Of a stretch of 51,527 nucleotides of DNA, positions 26,701-39,078 are shown in pieces. The stretch spans positions 39,449 to 90,975 of the forward strand of contig MQRK01171752.1 in the NCBI GenBank assembly GCA_001938485.1, in the 5' to 3' direction. A model generated the notes under the pieces. That model had not been told where the DNA came from. It ran no database searches and saw nothing but the letters and a program-made list of their open reading frames with translations. This DNA comes from Girardia tigrina (taxonomy: Eukaryota). The translations under genes and the position numbers were made by a program. Numbering within the stretch: position 1 is the first letter of the stretch; the number at the start of each line of letters is the position of its first letter.

Positions 26701-29700
26701 GTCAAAACTGAATGGAAAACCCTGTATGTTAATTATTCGAGCGGTTCAGCTAATCATTGATTCCTTCATATTTACTTGATAAAATATAAGTTTTAAAATA
26801 AAAACTGAAAAAATAACTTAAAAACAGTGAAAAGAATTATTTCACTAAATTATTTTACCATATATAAAGTTTAAAAAATCTATTTTATCTAAAAATGAAA
26901 AAAAATCCATAAAAAATTTTGTTTGAAATAAAACCATTAGAAAAAGATAATTGATATCAGTTTTATGTTTTATTTTGCATTATGAAACTTGGTATTTTTT
27001 GTAAAACAAATGACATTCTGTTGATTATTAAAATAGTCTTCCATAGGGAAACATATAAAGTGTGAAAACTAAAATCTATTAATTAAATTAAACACTTGCC
27101 GCATTTACTAGACTAGAAGCACAAACAGGTATTCCTTATACTGGTTTCTACAACGATTTTTTACAAACTAAAAAACTATTATCCTGTTAAATAAAGAACT
27201 GGAATTAAACAGTAATTATGAGGAACAAAATTAAACCTAACGAGACTATCTTAAATATTACAATAAAAAAAATGAAACATCACAGTTCTATTGAATAAGT
27301 ATTGAGCATATATTATTATTTTCATCGTCTCTTCAGTGCTTAAATCCATTAATTTCCCCGTTTTCCTATTAATAACATTTAACAATTACATATATTCTAA
27401 TTACCTCTCAGTTGTAACGTCCATTATTAATACTTGATTATTGTTTTAAATGTTTCATTTATAGATACATTATTAGGTTATGGATTTCTCTAATTACAGA
27501 AAACATTTATTACTGTTTTAGGACACTGAATAACGTTATAAATTTGATTTAACATAATATTGACAAATATCTATGGACGCCTATCAAGATATGAATAGAG
27601 ACATACAGTACCAAAGTCTTGTCTAGGGATTGCAACAATTATATAAGCGTCTTAATTAATGGTTATTGAAGTCATGATTATCGATTTTTAGAGTACATTT
27701 CGGGTCTCAAATTACGTCTTAAATAGTATATTTATAAATACAATAGTGTATTCAGTGATTTATTGCAATGACTTTTATTATGAACAATGGAGTCACCAAC
27801 AATTGAAAATGAGATTTTCAGAACAAACCTCGTCACTTATATATAGACAACAGCGACAATAAAATACATATTTGTTGGGAAATCAATTTATCATCTTCAA
27901 ATGCAATTTAAAATACAGCTTTCTAATTGTAGAATTTATATTTGAAAATTAAATTTCATTTCCTTTTTTATCAATTTGTATTAACACGCAAAGCTCTTCA
28001 AAAAATCAAAATGCGTTAAATTCAATGTAGAAACAATCAACTAATTTTTATTATCTTTAAAGATCAAATGTTTTATAATATAAATGGACATCATAAACGA
28101 CATGATAATGTTCATTTATAAATAGTTCAAAAATAAATAATAAATACTAATCTTGAAATACATGATCTCATTGTAAGGGTAATTTACAATTTAAGTATGA
28201 TAATGTTAGTATAACATGATCAAAAATAATAAATTATATTCAAAGTTAGTTATAAATAATTATTATAAGATTATGTACTAAAGGTGGTTAATAAACTCTT
28301 TCAGTCATGAATTATTGTCCTTGTGAATTGTCATATGAAATTTGGTTTTAATTGCTAATAAGGGCTTAAAAATTAATTTTGTATTACAATTTTTGTGTTC
28401 AATAGAGATCAATAGATGGTAAATATTGCAAATGTAGTATGGAATGAAACGATTTTTACACAAAGAACTTTATTTTTTATGATATTGTATGAAACGAATA
28501 TGGTTTTTATTTATATACAAAGAAATTTTACATTTAATAAAAGCAATGTGTGAAAATTTATCAGTACGGAGCTTTGCATCTTTGGTAATCCTTTTTACAA
28601 TCTGGAAAATGACTTATTTCATCAAACCTTATATCACTTTGAATACTGAACAAACTCACTCTGACGACTGTCGCTACCCAATTGCCATTCGTACCGAAAG
28701 CTCACTATGCAATATTGTGTTTCACCTACAGAAATATTTACTAAGCTTTACGGAAATGATACGCGGTGAGAAATTGGGTAAACTTGTTTTAACTTTCATG
28801 CTAAGGCCCTTAGAACGCATGTATCGAATTTTATACAAAATAACTGAAATGGTTAAGTTAAATTAGTGAATATTAAAATACAGTATTAAATATTTAAAGC
28901 ATCTAACATTGGATAAAATTTTAATACAAATTTATTCAAATTAGCTAAAATTACTGTAAAAGTGAATTCCAAGTACCATTGCAATAATTCTATATTTATC
29001 AAATAAATTAAAACGAATAAAAAAATGAATTAAAATAAAATAAGTATTGAAACAAAAAATAAGATACATGAAATTTCGATATGAAATCCAAGATGCTTTA
29101 GAAGTAGCACTAAAGAACAAGAACACCCATAATGGCTTATGAGAGATAAATATGGAACAATGAGACAATGTATAAGGATGTAGTTGTTTACAATTTTCCT
29201 TTGAAGCGCATTATTGACTTATTCTAATAATGAACACGATATCAAACAGATGGAAGAGAATAAAATGTGAAATTAAAAAATGTGATTTGAATAAGGAGAT
29301 TTTTACTCCAATGTTTATATTTCCTTAATTATCCTTTAAAATAATCCTTGAACAAATTATCTTGAGCCTAAACTTTTTCCATTAACAGAAAATTTTAATA
29401 ATAAAATAATTTCAAGTAAAATGAATTCAAATATTGTCATATTAAAGTTAATATCTTAATCTTAGTCCCTAATTAAAAATGTTTGATAAATTTGTTGAAA
29501 ATAAAAATCAAACCACTTAAGGGCGGAAGTCCATTAAATAAGTAAAAGTCATTTTCTTCAAAATTTCAAATTTCTCTTCATAAATCGAATAAAGATTATC
29601 TTTTTGTTAGAGTTTCTACTAATTTCAAAAAATAAATTTCGATTCACAATCCTTTTGTTTGTTACTTATGATTAATTATTTCGAGTCGAAATACCTTGAT

Positions 29701-32700
29701 TTTTAGTAACAAAAACTTTCAGATAAAATGAAGGAATAAATTTGTTGGAGAAAATAAATTTGATAAACATAATTTTTTTTAATAAATTAAATTAATAAAT
29801 TGTAGTGAATTGGTTCACAATTGCAATAAAATCTAAATATGATAAAATATGTAAATTATATTAGTTAAATATTTACAATAATTAATTATAGGTTTTTGCA
29901 TTCATTTGACCAGAAACAACAATTGAATTGCCGTTTCCCACATTCAATTTACCTAAAACGTAAATTGATTTAATTATTTAAAAATTCAATTTTTTCAATT
30001 CTAATTATANNNNNNNNNNNNNNNNNNNNNNNNNNNNNNNNNNNNNNNNNNNNNNNNNNNNNNNNNNNNNNNNNNNNNNNNNNNNNNNNNNNNNNNNNNN
30101 NNNNNNNNNNNNNNNNNNNNNNNNNNNNNNNNNNNNNNNNNNNNNNNNNNNNNNNNNNNNNNNNNNNNNNNNNNNNNNNNNNNNNNNNNNNNNNNNNNNT
30201 TATTTAAAAAATGATCAAATAACCAAATTAAAACGTGGTGGAGCACATAATACAAAAGTAGACGATGATATGAAAGAAGTCCTTTTTCAAATAATTGAAG
30301 AAAATCCACTGTTGACGCTTAAGGAAATTAATAAAAAANNNNNNNNNNNNNNNNNNNNNNNNNNNNNNNNNNNNNNNNNNNNNNNNNNCCATATGTTTCA
30401 GACGAAACCATTGCAAGGACACTGGATAAAATGTTAATCACCTTAAAATTATGTGAGGATATACCAGTACAGAGGAACACCGTCGAAAACATAGAAAAAA
30501 GGTATATTTACGCAACATGGTTTCTTGATAAAACATCCACGGATGATATTATATACATTAACGAATGTTGATACAATGTGTGGACAAGAAGGACCTTTGG
30601 ACGAGCATTGCGTGGTTGTCCGGCACGAAGAGTGGTTTCGAAACAAAAAGGTCAAAACCTGATGTGCACATTTGCGATTAATCAGGTATATGGATTGATG
30701 CATAGCCGAATAAAGGTGGAGCGAGTTACAAAGGAAACTTTTGGGGAATTTATTAAGGACTTAATTACAGCTACAAAAGATATATTCCCTCATGATCATA
30801 CTATATATTTAGTATTAGATAATGCACGTCCTCATATTGACGCCCAACTAAAAATACCTATGGAGTATATTAACCAGTATAAGATTAAATATCTGCCACC
30901 TTACTCACCTTTCTTAAACCCAGTTGAGCAATATCACTCAACCTTTAAATCAAGGATGAAAAGTTCTTTGTCAGAAGAACAAGTAAATCTTAATAATTGC
31001 CCCATTGGATTAACACAGCAGCAACATCGTCTGGATATTTTGCTGCGCGTGGCGACGGATAGCATATTAAATGTGTCCCAAACTCAAATATTTAATGTAT
31101 GTCAAAAGCCATATAAATATATGCCGCAGTGTATCAAGAAAGAAGAAATTTTAGGTTAATTATTCATTTGTACACTGTTAATTTTTAATAAATGTTTAGT
31201 TTTATTATTGAATTTTTAAATAATTAAATCAATTTACGTTTTAGGTAAATTGAATGTGGGAAACGGCAATTCAATTGTTGTTTCTGGTCAAATGAATGCA
31301 AAAACCTATATTTTGAAATAAGCTAATTAAAAAAACTGAATAGTTTCATTACAAATTCATTTTGTAAAGAAAAAAATAGAGGTTTTTAAGAAGAACCACA
31401 AATTAAACTCATGGATAAAATGAATAACTTATAATTGAATCTTGCTGGAGCATAGCTTTTCGTTTGCATGTTCTTGATAACGATAGCATAAAGCAACTTT
31501 TTAACATATCCAGGTAAAGCGCCGCTGTTATGTTTCCTTCAATAAAAAAGGGCCCATAAATACGAGTTTGAAGACAACCCCATCCAAACATTAACTTTTT
31601 CACTAGCCTGTGACCTCTGATATGTTTCGGTTGGTGTTTCAGTGCCACAAATGCGACAGTTATGCCTGTTTACAATGTCATCAGAGTTGATTCATAGTTG
31701 ACTCATCAGAGAATATCAGGTTACCAAGAAAATTTTCATCTGCACCTATCGATTAAATTAACGTTTCACACATAACACGTCTAAGAGCGCAATTTTCATA
31801 CAAAGTTGCGTGGCTTGAATTATGTAGGGGAACATTTTAAAGTCATTTCGTAATACTTTTTGAACAGTTCCATAGAGCAATTCAGAGTTGATAACGATTT
31901 CCTCATAGAAGACTGGGTTTCTTGCTTAAAATGTTCTGCTATCTCATTTTTCTTTTTATCATCAATTGGTGGTCTTCCAGATTCTGAGGCATTTAGAACG
32001 CTTCCTGTTTCTTCAAACTTTTGAAGATGCTACTAATACTTTTTTCGATTGGAAAATTTTTCCATTTAAGTCGTTGAAGTTTTTTTTACTAAATTCACTG
32101 TCTCATCCTTCGCAAATAAAATAACAATTTTTAAACGCTGATTTACATCCATTTTTGAATCTTACGCTTAAAACAAGAACAAAAATTAATACATTTAAAC
32201 AAAATGTACTTTTAATTAAATTTTAAAGAATAAGCTTCAAGATGCCTTTATAATTAAAAAGAAATACAAAATAATTCAAAAGTTATTGCAGTTTAAAACC
32301 CGGTAGTTACTTTATGATCACCCTGTATAATTGTTGATGATGGAAAATAATTTCAAAAACATGTACAATAATTAATTTCCTAAAAAAGCTTTAACAAAAA
32401 TATTAAATTAGGGTTCACAAGATTCCATAAGAGAAATATATAGCGATGTGATTAAAAAAATATATTGTAAAAAATAATCGCGTAAAAATAAATTTTAAAA
32501 TAAAAATATGAATCAAAATTAAATTAGTTTTGCTATTTTTAAATCGGAACAGTTACAAACAAGTAAATAAACAATATAAAGAAAGCGCTTTCGGTATGAT
32601 GTAAAGGACTGTACGTTGTAATTGCGTGAACAAAACGACGATGTCTGACGATTTTCTAAAAATACCCATTCATCTTGACTAATTAATTATCATATTATAG

Positions 32701-32895
32701 TGTCTAAGGATTGTGACCAGTATTTATTCAAGCAAATGCATTTTAATATTAGTTAAATAAACATAAAACTAACAATTTCAACAATAATGATTTAAACTTA
32801 CTATTAGAATGTAAAAAGAATATCTATTTTTGCAGATGTCCTTCTAAAAGGACTCTCTCAATTTATTATTTAAATTAATTATCATTTCAAGCGTA

Positions 32896-32933
<38 letters not shown>

Positions 32934-35900
32934 CTTTTTATATGTATTTTTAATTGGCGAAAAGTTCTATTTTAAAAAGAATCTATAATTTATTTGAATT
33001 AAAATTTTACAAAAATTCAATTATAAGATTATTTAATTCGTAGTGAGTTCAATAAATTTCAAATTACAGCGATAAAATAACTTGGTTATTTATGATTGTT
33101 TTGTAGCCTTACAAGTATAGGTTAAAAAACTTATTTTTGTTATACTGTCATTTGCCTTTATCCAAGTAACTAAACAATCTTGTAAACAATTCAGTCATTA
33201 TCTAACTGATCGAACATCAAAGTGTATGAAACTTTTTCGTAAAAGAAAACCACCAGAGATATTCACGAGTAACCACAGCCTGTTAATCAAGAAGAAACTT
33301 CATCTTTATCAAGCAACAAGTGAATAAAATCATTCATCAGTTTGTGATGATAACAAAGGAGGTGAACGACAAAGAATTTCTGAGAAAGTGAACGATTGGT
33401 TGCAGTAAAAGATGCAAAAGAAACAAGAAAACTAGTATTGGATCAATTTTTACAACTCTCAAAGACTAACTACTAGGAATATACGAAAATTATGTCCAAT
33501 ATTCGCACCTCATTTACTCTTTAAAAATGATGTAAAATCGTCTGTGAAAATAACATCAAGATCTGGAACAACTTATGTTACATATTCTCACAGAGGATGA
33601 GAAGAGAAGATTACTTAAAAGACAACACAAAAATTATTCATAAATCAGTGAATTAAAATTGTTTTTTATTATTAATTGCATTTATTAAACCAATTAAATA
33701 ATGAATGAAAATATTTTTTATTACTATGAAACATTGTTGCAATGTTAATATGTTAAATATAATTATGATAACAGAAACGTGTGTTATATATGTTATATAT
33801 GTGTTATAAGAACTAAAAAGCTTAAAAATCTATTTATTTAAAAATGTCATAATTAATATATTTAACAATAAAAAATAGCATAAAAATAAAATAGAAAATC
33901 TCGACAAAAATCTCCAGAGTTAAAGACTTAATTAAAAAAGAGAAGGAAAAGTAAAGTTTTATGACCACGATTTACAATTTATTGCCAGCAGTGGAATTAA
34001 TCAAAATTTAATTACTAAATTATTTTTTAGAAATTCTCAAATTAAGATTAAATGCATTTAATTATAAAATTATAAAAATTATTTCTATTTTTTTAATTAT
34101 GTATTTTAATTGCTCTAATAAATTGTACAGGTCAGGTCAGACTATCTATCTGCTACAGGTACCATGTAAACCTGTAATACCTGTTCCATGGTCGAATGAT
34201 TAGCGACTAAACCGTCTCCCTCGCCCAGAGCAACCTTGGTGAAGAGGTTGTGTGGGATGAAAAACAAAACCTAGCAAAGGGTGGATGAACTCCTTGGAGC
34301 CAACGGCCATCCATACCTGGAGAGGAAATAGGCGCCACCAAATTTCATGCCTACTGAGAAACTCAAAAAAATATGCAAAAAAACAAGCCCCATGCTTGTG
34401 CATAATTGAGTTCACCCACGGCCCAACGGTTACGGTACCAAAAAAAATAATAAATTATAAAGAGCTTTCGAACGAAATTAGCTTCAGGTCTCTTAGGTTT
34501 TCCGGTTTTAACAATGTTTTGTATTATTTGGAAATAAATAAAATTCGTAAAGCTCTTTCAAAGAAATGTATTGTTATAGACATGTATAATCCAGAATTCT
34601 AAATCATAATTATGAAGAATGTTTAAGTAAATTTAAATTGCAAGTTGACTGGCCTAAAATGTAAGAGGTAATTCACAATTAGGAAAGTGTTATAAAACAA
34701 TAACATTTGAATGTGTTTGCAATGGCATTTTTAGCATTTAACACTAAGACTTACTAAGAAAACTAAATAATTTGGTAATTATTATTTTACTCATATTATT
34801 GTTATAACCTATTATATCTTAATTATAATTATCATAATATTTTAGTAATATTTATGGTGGTTTTTGCTCTCACTATAATTGCATTCAATAGACTCCGTAA
34901 TCTGTTTTTAATTACACATTAGTTCGTTAGTATATGCAAGGAACAATTGTGTCGCCAGAACATTTAAGTTTAGTGGGGATTATAAACTGAATTGATCCAA
35001 TTATAGATTATGATTAGTTGTTACCCGTATTGTAGACCAGTCCCTTCTGTTGCAGATTGTCGAGAATCGATTTTATCATTTCTGTGGTGAGAAAATTATC
35101 GTTTTCACCAACACTGCAGTCTCGAGTCGCCGGAATAAATTTGGTGACGTGACGGACGATGTACTTGAGGTTACTTGGCATCCCCGTGTTTACGAGTTCA
35201 CAAATACATTTGCAAACCGACTCTTCCAGTTCCGCACTGCTACACTGAGGAGTTTTTGATACAAGGAAATTACACAGTTCTCCTGAAAAGGAAACGACAT
35301 TATCAAATATTAAAACTTCTGTAATATTAAGCATCGTTCGTTAAAATTACATAATCATTTATGTATAAACTCATTTGTTTTAGGAGTGTTCTATGTTTGC
35401 TAAAATCCATTTTAAATAATAATATTGTAAATTTAAGTAATATAAGCGTAGTAAATATACGAATTATAGAAAATTTTGTATAACTCAGCTTTTGATGACT
35501 TATGCCGTTCAACTGACTAATACGCAATATTTTATTATCCGCAGTGAAAGCGGCAGCAAAAAAATCATAAAGAGTTGTTTCAGTGTTTTTGCTTTTTGTA
35601 TTTTTGAAGAGTACCAGCGATGGTAATGTAATAAGGGTTTGCGTCAAATGTCCGACTCCCAAATGACTGAATACCGAAAATACGGAATTCTTAAAGACCA
35701 AAATTAATTATTACAAATTTATTATTTTAAAATACAGTTAACTTAAAATAATTTGTTGCGAGGAATATTTTGAATGTTACGTATAGTGTATTGCATTATG
35801 TTATGTTTCATTTTAAGAATTTTGCATTTCGAATTGAGATTTTTATTTTAAATTAAGAATTTTTAATTATCTTTATTCTTATAATTTTAAAGAATACTTT

Positions 35901-38900
35901 ATGTCAATTTTATCGTTTTATGTGTGTTTTTGGTAAATTATATTTTTATGTTAGACTGAATCGATACATATTTTGCTATTGAGTATATTCTTAATTTCTG
36001 TGTAACTCATACTATCCAATAAGAACGACTATAATCGAAATGATAATTACAGAAATAAAATAAATTTATATTTTATTGTATTGTTTATGTATAAGCATTT
36101 TAAAGTATATTTTATTTTAGTATCTTTTATTAGTCTTATGCAATTATCAACATATACCATTTATCTTATTATTTTTAATTTTGAAAGATAGTTTTTTTAA
36201 TTTAATTTTTATTTTTTAATAATTAAATAATATTGGTAATGTAAACAGTTTTTATTACTCATATATAATATTACTTAAGTGTTAAATGATTTAGAATAAT
36301 AAAAAAATATGTTAGAATAAAAATTTCCACATTTATATCAAAATATTTCAAAAGTTACAATTTTTAATTTAGTTCGGTATTGATTTATTTGTAATAATTA
36401 ATTTTGGTCTTTCAGGAATTCGGTCTTTTGGGATTTAGTCATTTGACCGTTAATAATCATTTTAAAGACAAAATAATCATTTTGTACAATATATTTAATT
36501 GTCTATTTAGTTTATTTTTGTGACCTACCAGTATATTACACGAATTATTAGAATGCCGGTTACCCAAGTACTCAAAATAATTTTCTTTCGTAAAAGCCAC
36601 AAAATATAATGGCTAGTTGTCATTGAAATTGGATAATGGGTAGCTCCCAATTTCTCATTTTGAATTGATTTGTTATTTCTAACTCAATTTTATAACGCTG
36701 AATGTAGATATTATAGAGGATTTCAATAAAAAATATATGATGATTAAGTGACAAGTTAAAAATAAATATGCACAATTTAAATTTAAAGTCTCATTTCAAA
36801 ATAAAAAATCTCATATCTTACAGAACGAACTCAACATTTATGGTACAGCTGTAACATAAACGTAATTTTAACAAATAAACGTCTTGTAAAAAAATCCTTT
36901 TTGTTTAGAGTAAAACTAATGTTTGTATAAATTTAAAAATAAAATTATCATAGTTACAAGATATCTAAAAATAAAATTAACTTTTTTGGGATGTTATTAT
37001 TCTTTAGAAGATAAAAATATGAATGAAAGAAATTTATTAATTGATATCATTATATATAATAAACCCTTAAATATCTGTCCATAACTCATTGTAGACGAAG
37101 AAACGAAAAATTTAAACATTGAAGTTGTATGAGAAATTGTATAGATAAATAATATACAAAAGTTTGGATCTTATCAAATATTTATCATAATAATTTTAAA
37201 ATATAGAATTAAGATAATATGATTTTAACATCATACCGTCCATAATTTTTTAATTATGAATAGACAAATAAAAATTTTGGTTTTATCAGTGGTCATCATA
37301 TGTATGAATAAAAAATTAAATTTTCATTTACAAAATTAAATTAATAATTATTCATCAACTAAGAGGCACAATTTGAAAACTTCAAAAATATACTTTACTA
37401 AAAATTTAATTAATTTACAAGTATTTCTTTAAAGAGGGCATAATTTGTTGAGAATGAGTAATATAAAGTAAGAACATGGTTTGTTAAAATACTATTTCTT
37501 CAAGGGACTTTCCTAAGACAGAATTTTGAACCAGTTAATAGTAACTGACTTCGAAACCCTTAAGTCGAGATTGATCAATTATAAATTACATTTGTCTATT
37601 TTAATAGATTATTTTTACTTTCTCAGTATTTTAAATTTAAAACATCAAAAATACACAATTATTTCTTAAAATTTTAAAACAATTTCAATATTTAGTTAAA
37701 CATGAAAATCTATATTTTGTAAATAAATATAAACAGTTCTATAATCCGAAAATAATTTTCATTTAAAAAAAATCAAAAATATTAATATTTCTCTAATGAA
37801 GAAAATATTAATATTTCTGTTGTTCGTTCAGTTTTATTTTATTTCTCAATAAAATCTTATGTATTATTATTATTATTAAACTCCACTTGGAAAATATAAA
37901 AAGCAAATTTAAATTTTAGATTTTACTAAAGCTTAAATATCAGTAATTAAAATAAATCATTTTACTTTTTGTTTTGGAAAGATGCGTTGCACATATTATT
38001 TTTTTGAATATTTTTTAAAATACCATTTAAATTTGATTTCATTTAGTAATAAATATTTAGACAAAAATAAGACAGAAAATCGCGAATAGAACTTTATATA
38101 CCTCTACCCCCTCTTTACTTAAGTGTAGTAGATTAACTGATTCACATTTTCATTGCATTTCCTACATAAAAAAACATTGACTAAATTTAATAACTTTCTT
38201 AATGATAAAACTTAAATATTTTAATGAATATATTACATTCTTTCAGATATCATACTAAAAATCATTAAAATTTGTTTTGTATGAATCAAAATCATTATTA
38301 AAATTAAATAATGTTTATGAAAATAAATATCAATCATTTAATAAATTGAAGAAATATTAATCGAAAATAATAAATAAGCTCTAAAATTGAATATTTTTTA
38401 ATTTAAGTCTAAAATGAATAAAAATTGTTTATCATAAAAATTTATATATAAAATCGTTAACTTATTAACTTATAGATAATTAAACCGAAATTGTATTTTT
38501 ACCCTTTTAAAATAAAAATAGGATAATACTGGTTTAATATTCTTGTAAATAATTTTTAAAAATAATGGCAATTTTGTAATAAAACAATAACAACATTAAA
38601 AAATATATTTCATGATACTATATTTCGACAGTTTTACCGTCATCTTCAGTTCTCTCTGATTATGAGCTTTTTTACTGCTTAAATGAGTATGGATGAACCT
38701 GTTTTCGGCTACGGCTCTGGAAAACCGGTCATTTCTTCAACTCCGATACCGGCAAAAATCTGCCGGTTTTCTACTCAATGTTTACAAGAATTAGAAACTC
38801 TCATAAATAAAGCTCTTAAAAACAAGTGATGTTAGAAAAAGATCTCAAAAATGATGCGTTTACAGATGCAGTTATACAGATTTTATTATGAACTGACATC

Positions 38901-39043
38901 TTACAGCAATTTTGATGCCATTCTGAATTTATTTTATGTTATAAAATCCATCATTTTCCATAAAAGTAAATCGTTTTATACAATTATTTAACATTTATAT
39001 GAATCTCTAATTACATTAATTAAATTTAAAAATATAAATTGTT

Positions 39044-39078
<35 letters not shown>

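Larger units (their letters stand above)
29891..31306 (+). mobile_element. IS630/Tc1 superfamily DD35E element (Gambol/IS630-like) with perfect 100-bp TIRs; contains both N gaps
   Basis: TIRs 29891-29990 and 31207-31306 are exact reverse complements, with TATA on both sides. Confidence 0.93.

Noticed and set aside
28661-28703. CTGACGA...GAAAGCTC as a hammerhead (also CCGATGA...GAAA at 42026-42051)
   Set aside because: No convincing stem II or stem I at 28661, and a mutated core plus mismatched stem at 42026; at best very old relics.
20890-33600. Alternative nuclear genetic code (TAA/TAG=Gln, TGA=Trp), suggested by several frames where stops sit in Q/W-like contexts (20890-20992, 22010-22255, 23190-23330, 33181-33600)
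   Set aside because: All 16 Gln codons I counted in STOX exons 2-4 (to 20347) are CAA/CAG, long TE ORFs have no internal TAR, and four transposases end in TAA at the expected C-terminus. The decayed mariner shows TGG-to-TGA, so ordinary transition decay explains the pattern.
35327-35701. Track ORF (124 aa) as an upstream STOX exon
   Set aside because: Its 5' part is the inverted terminus of the 35635-36453 MITE, and the real conserved exon is at 49480-49778.
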